A DNA stretch of 64,000 nt, from contig CAVWLP010000002.1 of NCBI GenBank assembly GCA_963755915.1, forward strand, positions 1,760,001 through 1,824,000. Reading direction: 5' to 3'. The notes below the pieces were generated by a model, which did no database searches, was not told the origin of the DNA, and saw nothing but the letters and a program-made list of their open reading frames with translations. The translations under genes and the position numbers were made by a program. This stretch comes from an uncultured Phycisphaerales bacterium. Lineage in GTDB: Bacteria > Planctomycetota > Phycisphaerae > Tepidisphaerales > Tepidisphaeraceae. Positions 32,227 to 43,758 of this stretch are shown here, one piece after another (the first letter of the stretch is position 1; the number at the start of each line of letters is the position of its first letter).

Positions 32227-35081
32227 TTACGAGAGGCATCCTGCGATGAAGTTGCTGCAGAACTCGGCGTAGGTCAGCGTGGCGATGCCCTGGCTGTTTT
32301 CCAGCGAGTCGCCGGAGAAGCCCCAGGGGTTGCGAACCGTGAAGGTCATGTTGCCGCCCACGTCGGAAACGCTGAGCAGCGTATACGCGTGATCCCCCAC
32401 CAGGTTCGGCGGTGAGTCGCTGGTGCCGAGGGTGATCGAATCGCCGGCGGCGAGGTCGCTGGACATCTCGCTGTAAAGGATGCTCTGCGAGAGGGCTGAC
32501 GGCACAAACTCTTCGGAAGAGAGTCCGAAGTCACCGTAGACCTCGCCCATCCACCCGCTGGCGATGGAGGCGTAGGTGTTGGCATCCGTGCGGTAGTAGG
32601 CGAACGCCTTCTCGATCACGGCGGCCCAGATGGTTCCGTTGGCGCCGGGGTGGGCGTATTCATATCCGTCAAATCCGCCGGTGGAGAACTGGTTGGAGAC
32701 GCGGACGTAGGTCGGCGTGCTGCCGTTCATGAACTGCACGACGTAGGTTCCGTCACCCATATCGACGGCTGATTGGACGAGCAGATTGGGATCCTGCTGG
32801 GCAAAGGCGGCGAGGCTGGCGATGAGATAGCAGTCGCCGCTCTCACCCTGGTTGGCGTCGGCGGCCACTGGTCCGGTTCCGAAGAGGGAGGCGCTGAATG
32901 CGGCGGTCGCGCCGGCGTCGCTCGGGTTGGCCAGTGCGGCCCCATAGGCCTTGCTTACGCCGCCGGCGAAGCTTGCCACGCGGTGGACGTTGCCGCTGCC
33001 CGTGTAGCTGTCGGTTGAGTCGATCCAGGCCGTCACGTCGGTGCCGGCGCTGTCGATCGTCGTTAATGCGCCGTCGATGGTTTCCAGCGTGACGAAGGAG
33101 GTGACGGTTGAAGCGATATCGATCGTGTCCGTTCCGCCGCGGGTGTAGATGAACAGCCCACCGGGCGTGGAGGCGTCGGTGAAATTCTCGCCGTCGGCGT
33201 CGATGGTGAAGGTGCCGGCGGATTCGGAGACGGAAATCGTGTCGTCCGTGCCGGTGGAGTTGACGACCAGCTCATCGTCGCTGTAGCGCGAGGTGATGGT
33301 CACCGTATCTTCCTGCGTTTCCGGGACAACCTGGCTGGCGGCAACCGACGGCGTTGAAGTCGTCGCCGCGTCGAACGCCTCGATTTCGTAGTAATACGTG
33401 GTGCCCGAGGTTACGGTTGGGTCGGTGTAGCTGTTGCTGGATACGCCGTTGACTGTTCCGATGCTGGTGAACGTTGAATCGTTCGTCGAGCGCAGGACGT
33501 AGTAGCCTGTGGCGGAGGGATCTTCGTCGGTCCAGTTGAGGACGATCGAGCTTCCCGAAACGGTGGCCCCAAGCGCGCCGGGGCGCTGAGGGGCGTGGTG
33601 GCGGTTGCGGAGGCGCAAGCCGCCGAGGTCGTCGAGCCGTTGCTGGCCTCGATCTGGTAGTAATAGAGCGTTCCGGACGTGGTGGAATTGTCGGTGTAGG
33701 CTGTAACCGCGCCCAGCGTGGCGATCTGGGTGAAATTGACGTTGTTGGTGGAGCGGAGGACGTAATATCCGGTTGCGCCGGCTGCCGCGGTCCAGTTGAG
33801 CTGCACGGAATTTCCGGAAGCTTGCGCGGTCAAGCCGCTTGGCGTGCCAAGCTGCGCCTGGGCGGGGAGGGAGGCGCTGGCGGTATTGGAGACGCCGGAG
33901 GCGGTGACCATATTCACGGCGACGATGTCGTAGTAATAGGTCGTGCCGGCGGCGCCGGTGTTGTCGACATACGTATTGGCTGTCGCGCCGCTGATGGTGG
34001 CGATCTGCGAGAAATTCACATCATCCGTCGAGCGGTAGAGATAGAACCCCAGCGCGGTCGGATCGTTGGCCGTCCAGCTCAGATCCACGGAAGATCCGGA
34101 AGGCGTCGCCGCCAGATTCGTCGGCGTCGCCAGGGGCGTGACCACGTTTGCGACGTTGGAAACGCCCGATGCGGCGACCGTATTCACGGCGACAAGCAGG
34201 TAATAATAGCTCGTTCCCGCCGCTGCCGTTGCGTCGGTGTAAGAATTAGCCGTCGCGCCGCTGACGGTGGCGATCTGCGAGAAATTCACGCCGTTGGTCG
34301 AGCGATAGACGTAGAAACCCAAGGCGTTTGAATCGTTGGGCGTCCAGTTCAGCGAAACCGAAGAACCCGACACGCTGGCGCTCAGCCCCGTCGCTGCGAC
34401 CAGCGGCTTAACCGCCGTCACCACGTTCGACGCCGCAGAGCCGGCGACAGTGTTGACGGCCATGACCGTGTAGTAATACGCCGTCCCGGTCATCCCCGTG
34501 CCATCGGTGTAGGTATGTGCGGAGGCCCCGGCGACGGTGGCGATCTGGGAGAAATTGACGCCGTTTGTCGAGCGGAAAATATAAAACCCCAGCGCATCCG
34601 GATCGTTCGGCGTCCAGTTCAGGGTGACCGCGGTTGTGCTGGCACTGGCCGTCAGGCCCGTGGCCGCTTTCAGCGGCGTCGTCGTGCCGGCGAAGTTTGA
34701 GTCCGAAGCGGTGGACCCGTTTACCGCCTGGACCGTGTACTGGTAGGTCTGCCCCGAGGCGACCGTCGTGTCGGTGAAGCTATTTGCGGTTTTAGCGGTC
34801 AGCGTTCCCACTTCGGTGAACCCGCCGCCGTTGGCGGAACGCCAGATTCCATAGCTGGTGACGGCCGTTGTGTTGTCCGTCCAGTTGAGCTGCACCGCCG
34901 ACGGCGAACTCGCCGCGGCCGTGAGGCCGGTGGGGGCGGGAACGGTGCTGGACATGAGGAGCCGGTCTTCCAGCCGCTCGAAATTGCAGGCGTTTTGCAA
35001 CGCCCGGCGGGTGCGCGGCTTTACCGGGATGCCAATTGAGAGGCCGTGGGCGAGGTTGTGTTGGCGTGCTATGCGGTTCAT
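32227..35081 (-). CDS. Secreted fibronectin-III repeat protein with C-terminal calpain-like (C2) cysteine peptidase (frameshift ~33590)
   Basis: FERLEDRLLMS motif; about six FN3 units (V.LNWT..GFY.YRST..Y.D..YYY); QGESGDCYLIASL, WAAVIEKAFA, HAY, VRNPWG. Confidence 0.88.
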
Positions 35082-35248
35082 TTCTCGGCTCCTCCAAGAT
35101 GGGTAATCCAATTCGATTGCACCGGAGTCAAATCCCCATCCCCGGGGCAATCGAATCAGTACCCAGCGCCTTCATCGGCCGGGAAATAGCGAGAATATTC
35201 GAATGTTGATATGTAGCGTTTAAGGAGGCGGGGCAGTCTTATCGGAGC

Positions 35249-38200
35249 CTAATATTCCAATTCTTCCACCGGCAAACTCATTGCGGGAGTCTCATCCGGA
35301 ATTTCCGCTACTTCCGATCCGGGGAAGAGCGGCTGCTGCTGGGCCTTGGTTCTTCGTGTTCCGTCGCCTGCCAGTTCAACCCGCCCATGGCCATTTAGAG
35401 CGAACTCCAGCTCTTCCTTCAGCGCGGGCGTGGCGCGGATCCACCACTGTTTGTCGAGGGCGATCAGGGCCCGCTTTTCGCCGGTCGCGGGGACGCTGAG
35501 ATATGTCTGGCAGTTTCCCTGGTGCTTGCTGAGAATGCCCTTGAGCTCGCGAAGGGTTTCGATTGCGCCGTCAATCCTGTCGATTTCGACTTTCACGCCG
35601 CGCGTGAAGCGCGCCATTGCCTGCGAAATCGGAATAAGTTCGTTGACGATAATTCCCGGCGTTTCCCGGCGCCGATCTACTTTTCCTTTTACGAAGACGA
35701 TCTGCTCGAGCGCGACGATGCCGGGCTGGGCTTCGTTGATCTTCTCAAGGCTCTCGGCAAAAATCGTGGCTTCGATCTGGCCGTCGAGATCTTCCAGCGT
35801 GATGATGCACATCGGCTGGCCGGCGGAACGGCCGGTCTTGGTGACGGCGCGCTTTACGCGGTTGATCAGGCCGCCGATCGTCACTTCCGTGCCCTCGGGC
35901 ATGGCTTTGATTTCGCGGGTGTTGGCCGTCGAATAATTCAGCAGCGCCGCCTCGTGCTCGGTGAGCGGATGATTCGTGATGTAGAAGCCAAGCAATTCCT
36001 TCTCGAATTTCAATAACTCGGCCCCGGCAAATTCGGGAATGTCCGGCAGTACATCGACCGGCCTGGAGGCGGTTTTGTTTTCGCCGCCGCCGAACATATT
36101 CAACTGCCCCATGCGCTTGTCCTGCTGCGACTGTTGGCCCATTTCCACGGCACGCTCGAGGATGGCGACAAGCTGGGAGCGCTTGGCCTTTAGCGAGGAA
36201 AACGCTCCGCATCTTACGAATGCCTCGACGGTGCTGCGCGTGACCTGCCGCTGGTCTACGCGTTCGCAGAAATCGTAGAGGCTGGTGAAGGCGCCAGTTT
36301 TCTTTCGCTCGGCGATGACCGCTTCGACCGCTTTTTCACCGACGCCGCGGACGGCCATCAGGCCAAAGCGAATGGCTGCCGATCCCTTTGCATAGACCGG
36401 CGTGAAATCTTTGTCGGAGACGTTGATGTCCGGCGGCCTGCACGGTGATTCCGCGCGTGCCGCTGGGCTGTGTGATCCGGCGGCATTCCTCGATGTATTC
36501 GACCACCTTGTCGGTCGAGCCCATTTCGAACGTCAGCAGGGCGGCCATGTATTCGACGGGATGATAGGTCTTCATATAGCGCCGTCTGAAACGCGATGAT
36601 GGCGTAGCGCGTGGAGTGGCTCTTGTTGAAGCCGTAGCCGCCGAATTTCAGGATCAGCTCAAAAATATCCTCGGCCTTCGACTTGCTGACGCCGTTTGCC
36701 TCGGCGCCTTTGAGGAAGTCGGGCTTGTATTTGGCGATGACGTCGGATTGTCTTTTTGCTGATGGCCTTGATCAGTTTGTAGGCGGCGCTCAGCTCGATG
36801 CCGCCGAGCTGGTTGAAAATCTGCATCACCTGTTCCTGGTAGACCATGATGCCGTAGGTTTCGGCGAGGATGCGGTCCATGATCGGATGGACCTGCGGCA
36901 CGGGCTCTTTGCCGTGCTTGCGATTGCAGTAGAGCGGAATCAGCTCCATCGGCCCGGGGCGATAGAGGGCGTTGGCGGCGATCAGATCTTCCAGCCGGTC
37001 CGGCTGCATCTTCATCAGCAGGTCCTGCATTCCGCCGGATTCAAACTGGAAAATGCCTTTGGTTTCGCCGCGGCAAAAGAGGTCGAGGACTTTTTGTCGG
37101 TGAAATCGACCTTCTCGATGTCGATGTCGATTCCCTTGGTCTGCTTTACAAGCTCGATGGCGCGCTGAAGCGAGCGTGAGCGTGCGCAGGCCGAGAAAAT
37201 CCATTTTCAGCAGGCCGACTTTTTCGACGATTGGGCCTTCGAATTGGGTGAGAAGATCGTCGCCGCTTTTGTAGAGCGGGACAAATTCATCCAGCGGCTG
37301 ATCGGCAATCACCACGCCGGCGGCGTGCATCCCCGCGTTGCGGCAAAGGCCTTCCAGCCTTTTGCCGATCTCGATGATCTGCTGAACCTGCGAATCCTCT
37401 TTAAAGAGCTTGGCTAAATCCGGCGACTGGGAGAGGGCCTTGTCGAGATTCATCCCGGGGACGCCGGGAATCAGCTTGGTGATTTTGTCGGTGACCGCCA
37501 GGGGCACGCCGAGGACGCGGCCGACATCTTTGCAGACCGCGCGGGCGGCGAGCGTGCCGAAGGTGATGATCTGGGCGACGTGCCCATATTTGTTGCGCAC
37601 GTATTCGATGATCTTCCCGCGGCCCTCCTGGCAGATATCGATATCGATATCAGGCATTTCATTTCGGCTCGGATCCATGAACCGCTCGAAGAGCAGGCCG
37701 TATTTGATCGGATCGACATTGCACAGGCCGAGCAGATATCCGACCATCGTGCCGACGCCGGAGCCTCTGGCGCCGACGGGAATTCCCTCTTTGCGGGCGA
37801 AGTTGCAGAAATCCCAGACGATCAGGAAGTAGGAGCAGAAATTCTTGCTGGTGATGATCTTCAGTTCGTAGTCCAGCCGCTTGCGGATTTCCTCGGAAAC
37901 CTCGCGCGTGCCGTATCGCCACTGGAGGCCCTCCTCGCAAAGCTGGCGAAGATATCGAGCGTCTTCGGGCGCATCGGCGGACGATTCGTCCTTGATTGCG
38001 CCTTTGGGCACGCGATAGACCGGGGCATGGCGCTTGCTGAAATCGAGCGTGACATCGCACATGGCGGCGATTCGCGAGGTGTTTTCGATCGCCTGGTCGA
38101 AGCTGCCCCAGTGCCTCGGCCATTTCCTGCGGGCTTTTGAGATAGAGCTCCGTGGGGTATTTCAGGCGGCTCTCGTCCGTAATCAGCTTCCCCATGCTGA

Positions 38201-38882
38201 TGCAGCAGAGAATATCGTGGGCGTGGTGGTCCTCTTTTTTCAGAAAATGGACGTCGTTGGTCGCCACCAGCCCAACGCCGAGCTTTTTCGCCAGCTCGGC
38301 AAGCTCGGGATTGACGCGTTCTTGTTCCTCGACGTGTTTCTGCACTTCGATGAAGAATCGATCCGGTCCGAAAATGTCCAGATAGGTTTCGGCGATTTTT
38401 TTCGCGGCCTTCGCGTCGCGCCGGGTGAGGCATGAGGGAATCTCGCCGCCGAGGCAGGCGCTGGTGGCGATCAATCCCTCCCGGTATTCCCGAAGAATTT
38501 CCTTATCGATCCGCGGCTTGTAATAGAAACCCTCCCGATACGCGAGGCTCGAAAGCTTGATGAGGTTCTGATACCCCTTCAGATTCTGGCATAAAAGGAT
38601 GAGGTGATAAGCGGCGTCGCTGCCGGTTCCGCTGGCGCTGCTGCGGTCGCGGCGATCGCCCGGCGCCATGTAGGCTTCCATTCCCAGGATCGGCTTGATC
38701 CCGGCCTTGTTGCATTCGTTGAAGAACTCGACGACCCCGAACATGCACCCGTGATCGGTGATCGCCAGGCTGTCCATCCCCAGTTCCTTGGCGCGTCCGA
38801 CCAGCTCGGGGATTTTGCTGGCGCCGTCCAGCAGGGAGTAATGCGTGTGGCAATGCAGATGAACAAAGCTTCCTCGATCCAT
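35249..38882 (-). CDS. dnaE: DNA polymerase III alpha subunit (several frameshifts)
   Basis: FVHLHCHTHYSLLDG PHP domain, RGSG, MPDIDID, GMHAAGV, KMDFLGL, YQEQVMQ, C-terminal OB fold. Confidence 0.97.
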
Positions 38883-38974
38883 GGAGCGATTGTTAAGCGC
38901 TCCACCCCGCAAGTAAAGCCCCGGAATTCGATCCTTCGAAATCCCGCTTTTTCGGCTATATTCTTAAGTCCGCC

Positions 38975-40140
38975 ATGGCAAAAGCTGATAAACCTTCAAA
39001 GCCGGCCCAGCGCGAAACCGGAAGAAAGCATGGCTTCAAAAATTCAACTCGCCGGAAGGATGCGGGGGGCTTTGCGTTCGCTCGTCCCCGTAGCGCTCAA
39101 CATTGCTTCAGCCGGCGGCGATTTCGAACCCCTCGAACACCAAGGTCTTCGCGCCGCTGCCTGCGCGACTGGCCTGACGATCCGCAATTTATTCCTGGCT
39201 GGAATTCGCTGCTCAAGCAGAATCCCTGGGCCACGGTTTTTCGCTCGCCCGCCTGGCAGTCCGCGGTGGTTAACGAATTCGTTCCCGCCGGGCTCTTCCG
39301 TTTGATCACCGTTTCCCGAAACGACGAGCTGCTGGCGGTTTTGCCGCTGGCGCTTAACACCGCCTCCATGCTCGAAACGCCTGGCCGATGGGTTACCGAC
39401 TATCTCGATTCTCTCGTTGATGCCCAATCTGCCGAGGCGTGCTGGGAAATCATCCTCGGTCTGCTCGGTAACCTGTGGGACTGGTCCGTGGGCGCGGTGG
39501 TCTTTCATCACGTCCGGGCGGATTCGAACATGCGTCAGATTCTCCCGGTACTGGGGCCCAAGTTCGGATTCCAATACCAGGAATCCCTTACCACCAGCGC
39601 CCTTATCTGGAGCTACCCAAAACCTGGGACGAATATCTTGCCTCCATCGATTCCCACGAGCGCAAGGAGATGAAGCGTAAGGTGCGAAACGCCCAGACCA
39701 AGGCCAATCTCCAGTGGCGGACGTTCCGCACGGAAGAGGAATTGCTCCCGGCGCTGGAGCGCGCTCTTTCGGCCATGCGGCAATCCGAGGCCCCAAAGGC
39801 CGATTTCACGGATGAGGTTCTCGTGGGCTTCCTCAACCGGCTCTGTCCGGTGCTCTGCCGGCAGGGGGATTTCTTTCTACAGGAACTGGTTTTGGAAGAT
39901 AAGCCCTCCGCGTGGCTGCTTGGGCTGCCCAGCGAACGCGGGCCGATGATTTACAACACCGCCTACGATTTCACGCAGAAGCAGTGGAGCCCTGGAATCG
40001 TGGCGTTTGCAATGTCGATCCAGGAGGCCATCACGGCCGGCGCGCCGGTTTACAATTTTCTCCGCGGCGCTGAGGAGTATAAAGACCGGCTCGGTGCTAA
40101 AGACCTCCAACTGCTCAAGATTCAGCTCATTCCGACCTGA
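38975..40140 (+). CDS. GNAT family N-acetyltransferase, CelD/BcsL-like (frameshifted; start uncertain)
   Basis: WNSLL..TVF.SPAW, TDYLD, PYLELPKTWDEYL, WSPG, YNFLRGAEEYK. Confidence 0.85.
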
Positions 40141-40467
40141 GTTCAGCCACCCCGTCAGCAACCCGCCTCGGCGTTAAGACATCCCTTCCGAAGGGCTTAA
40201 TTTAGGTATATGATCGCCTTATCGGACGATTGAGCCCCTGAAATTGGCCTGATCGGGCGATGTGGTGTATATCCATGATTGAGCGGAATACGCTGCGGTG
40301 AATCATCGAGGATTCGCCGTTTTGATCATCATCTGCAATTCGCGGCCGCCTTCCCACGGAAGGATCACGCAGCCGCAGCGAAGGGCCAGAAGAGTGCGTA
40401 GCACGTTGGGGCCGTCGCGGGATTGAAGGATTTGAACAACTTGTTGTTGGGAGACGAATGGACCGCC

Positions 40468-41682
40468 ATGACTGAGCGGACGCTTCACATTTCGCCGGAC
40501 CACTCCTCACGCGAGGATCGGTTCGATCGCTTTCGCCTGATCGGGTGGTGGGACCAGTCCCGCCTGGCCGCGGCGAAGGTGCTCGTTGTCGGGGCGGGTG
40601 CGCTCGGCAACGAAATCATCAAGAACCTGGCGCTGCTGGGCGTGGGGAATATTCTCGTCGCCGATCTCGACCGGATTGAGAATTCCAATCTTTCGCGCTC
40701 CGTGCTTTACCGCGAATCGGACAATGGGCGTTTCAAGGCTGAAGTTGCCGTCGAAACGGCCCGGTCCATTTATCCCGACATCCGGGCGCACGCGTTTAAC
40801 GGGAATATCGTTCACGACCTGGGCATGGGCGTTTTCCGCTGGGCGGACGTTGTGATCGCGGGGCTGGATAATCGCGAAGCGCGGCTCACGATCAATCGCT
40901 ATTGCCACAAAGTCAATCGCCCGTGGATCGACGGGGCGATCGAAGCCATTGCCGGCACGGCCCGGGTTTTCCTGCCGGGCGACGGGCCCTGCTATGAATG
41001 CACGATGTCGCAGACGGATTGGCAGCTTCTCCAGGCCCGCCGGTCGTGCAATCTGCTGACGCGCTCGGAGATGGAGCAGGGGAAGACGCCGACGACGCCG
41101 ACCATCGCGTCGATTATTGCGGCGGTTCAGTGCCAGGAGGCGGTGAAGCTGATTCACGGGCTGCCGACGATCGCCGGCCGGGGGTGGGTATTTGAGGGTC
41201 TTTCCGCGGATTCGTACCTGGTCGATTACCAGCGGAAGGAAGATTGCCTGAGCCACGAAACACTTGACGAAATTCATTCGCTCGACGCCGGCGTGGAAGA
41301 GATGCCGATCGGCGATTTGCTGAACGAAGCGCGGCGGCTGGTGCCTGGCGCTCAACTGGAACTCGGCCGCGAAGTGCTTCAGTCGCTGGACTGTCCGCGC
41401 TGCGGCCAATCGGAAGAACTGTTTGTTTCGCTCGGAAAAGTCCGTGCGGAGAAGGCGTTTTGCCCGAACTGTTCCGGCGTCCGCCGGAGCGTCAAAAGCT
41501 TTTTCCAGATCGGAAGCGAAAGGGGATTGCTGAACCGGACGCTTGCCCAGATCGGCGTGCCGCCGCTGGACATCGTCATCGCCCGAAACGGCGCCCAAGC
41601 CGTCGGGCTAGAACTGGCCGCGGACCAGAAACGCGTCCTCGGCCCGCTTGTTTTAGAAACGGAGGCTCTGTCATGGGAGTAA
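40468..41682 (+). CDS. ThiF/MoeB-family E1 ubiquitin-activating-like enzyme
   Basis: VVGAGALGNE, DLDRIENSNLSR, GLDNREAR, PCYEC, candidate catalytic Cys in RRSC, C-terminal CPRC/CPNC. Confidence 0.92.
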   Translation: MTERTLHISPDHSSREDRFDRFRLIGWWDQSRLAAAKVLVVGAGALGNEIIKNLALLGVGNILVADLDRIENSNLSRSVLYRESDNGRFKAEVAVETARSIYPDIRAHAFNGNIVHDLGMGVFRWADVVIAGLDNREARLTINRYCHKVNRPWIDGAIEAIAGTARVFLPGDGPCYECTMSQTDWQLLQARRSCNLLTRSEMEQGKTPTTPTIASIIAAVQCQEAVKLIHGLPTIAGRGWVFEGLSADSYLVDYQRKEDCLSHETLDEIHSLDAGVEEMPIGDLLNEARRLVPGAQLELGREVLQSLDCPRCGQSEELFVSLGKVRAEKAFCPNCSGVRRSVKSFFQIGSERGLLNRTLAQIGVPPLDIVIARNGAQAVGLELAADQKRVLGPLVLETEALSWE

Positions 41683-42483
41683 CGCAATCCACTGCCACGG
41701 AAACCGAAAATAGCGGCGGACTCGACTTCGCCCACCTGCCGCGCCGCGAGCTGATCAAGCTCAACGGCCTGCGCAGCGTCTCTTTCCAGGTCGTTGCCCG
41801 CCAGTCGGCGCTCAACCGCATTCACGTTCACGGCGATTCGTCGCCGCGCGGAAGTCTGCGGCGTGCTCGTCGGGGATGTTTATCACGACGAAACCGGTCC
41901 CTTCCTGCTTATCGAGCACATCATCGAAGGACAGGCCGCCACCGGCAGCGCCGGGCAGGTGACCTTCACCGCCGACACCTGGCAGCACATTCAGCTCCTG
42001 ATGGATCGGCAGTATCCGGACCTCCGCATCGTTGGGTGGTATCACACGCATCCGGGGCATGGGATCTTCCTCTCCGAGATGGACGTTTTCCTGCACGAGA
42101 GCTTCTTTGGTCTTCCCTGGCAGGCGGCGTTGGTTTATGACCCGCGCAGCGGCGATGAGGGGATCTTCAGCGCCCATGAGGGACAGGCGCACCGCCTTGA
42201 ATATGTGGTCGAATCGGACGAGCCTTCGGTCAGTGGGCCACCTTCGCCGGTGCTTTCGCCGGAGGCAGCGGCGCCTCTTTCAACAATTGAGCCGGTGCAG
42301 ACGAAGGCCAATGCTCCGCTGGCTTACAAGCGGAAACGGCCGGTCTGGGTGCCGATGGGCAAAATGGTGCTGGCTTTTATCGGACTAGTCCTGTTTGTGG
42401 CCATGGGCGGGCTGCTGGGCCTGCTTATCCGAATGCAGCATTTACAGCTTCCCTATTGGATTCAGCAGATGGCTCATGGATAA
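41673..42483 (+). CDS. JAB/MPN+ (Mov34) metallo-isopeptidase with C-terminal TM helix (frameshift ~41845)
   Basis: EVCGVLVG...IVGWYHTHPGHGIFLSEMD JAMM motif; hydrophobic tail MVLAFIGLVLFVAMGGLLGLLI. Confidence 0.92.
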
Positions 42484-42673
42484 TCTATGGGCGTGGTAAT
42501 GGGTTAACTGCGTGTAGCCCCAGGTTGGCGAGGCTCGATGTTGAGCCTGCTCAGGCTTCTGGGGGTTAACCCATTGCCTCCTGCCCCAATGGATTGGCGC
42601 AACGATTTTTGAGCCCTGATCCGGCCCGCTGGGATTGTCGGCCGTGCATGGCGTTTTGTTTGCGGCAGTTCGC

Positions 42674-43758
42674 ATGGCCAGCGTCGTTATCCATTCAGAA
42701 GAGCCCATCCAGGCTGCGTCTTTTTCCAGCGCGTCCTGATCGGGCGCAAGCCTTTCAACGGGATCCAGTTTGGGCAGCGAATCGTTTCCAGGATCCACGC
42801 CTGGATCGACAAGGACGGCGACGACTTTTATATCCGCGACGCCCGCAGCCGCGGGGGGACCTTCGTCAACGGGAAGCGCACCAACGGAAAGATCATTCTG
42901 CACGACGGGGATGAGATTCGCATCGGCACGTCGAAGATGACGTTTCACGACAGCGACGAAATTCCCGAGCACGCAGTAACCTTCCAGATTGCCGAGGACG
43001 GGACCAATCCGGGATTTGAGGATCCGGGAATTCTCATTGCCTGCGAGGCGTGCAGCGCACCGATGTGGGTGCCGGCGAGCATGGCGGGGGCCTTTGGGCG
43101 ATGCGGGATTTGCAGCGGGGAGATCAATGTTCCGGGGGAGCCGGCATCGGGCATCCGCCGGCCGCTGACGCCGAACGATTCGATTGTCGATATGCCGGCA
43201 ATCAAGCAGCCGGTCGATCTGGGGGAATCGGCACGGCCGTTTGATCCGCTGGCGGTGGATATGCCGCAGCCCAAGCCGGAGGCCGCCGCGAGAACCTGCG
43301 GCGTGTGCCAGAGCCCGATTCTTCCCGGAGAGGCGACCATCCCCTGCACGAGCTGCTCGCAGGTTTATCATGCCGAGTGCTGGTATGAAAATCGGGGATG
43401 CGCCGCGTATGGGTGCGCGCAGGTTGGGGCGCTGGATACGAAAACAGAGGAGCCGGAGCCGGCGCTTGCGGCCAGGACTGCCGCACCGGTCGCCGCGGCT
43501 CCCCAGCCGGCGTCGCGGCCATTTCCCTGGGATTTTGCCCTGCTGGGAGGGAGCGTTCTGGGCAGCGTCTTCGGTGCGTTCACGTTTGGGCTGCCGGCGC
43601 TTTTGGTGGGGGCTCTGTCGATTATCTATGCACGGCGGCAGCGAAATGGGAGTCATCGCCTTGCAACGATCGCTACGGTTATCTGTGTGGTGGGTGTGGC
43701 CGGTGGGGTTATCACCAGCAGCATCATCTTCAATGTTCCACTGTGGAGAGGCCGATGA
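42674..43758 (+). CDS. FHA + zinc ribbon + prokaryotic RING finger + TM protein (putative E3; indel ~42720)
   Basis: In frame upstream of ORF 42937: LIGRK..VSRIHA..RDARSRGGTFVNG..LHDGDEIRIG (FHA); CEAC..CGIC; CGVCQ..CTSC..YHAECW..GCAAYGC (RING-like); two to three TM helices. Confidence 0.85.

Noticed and set aside
33600-34950. Periodic ~270-bp DNA repeats as a CRISPR-like array
   Set aside because: They are coding FN3 domain repeats without a repeat-spacer structure.
35249-38882. dnaE in four or more frames (pseudogene, programmed frameshift or split intein)
   Set aside because: Similar single-base shifts hit metG, nadE, lnt, atpD, dnaK and the RluA gene. No in-frame decay or intein motifs were seen. 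Sequencing indels are the simplest explanation.
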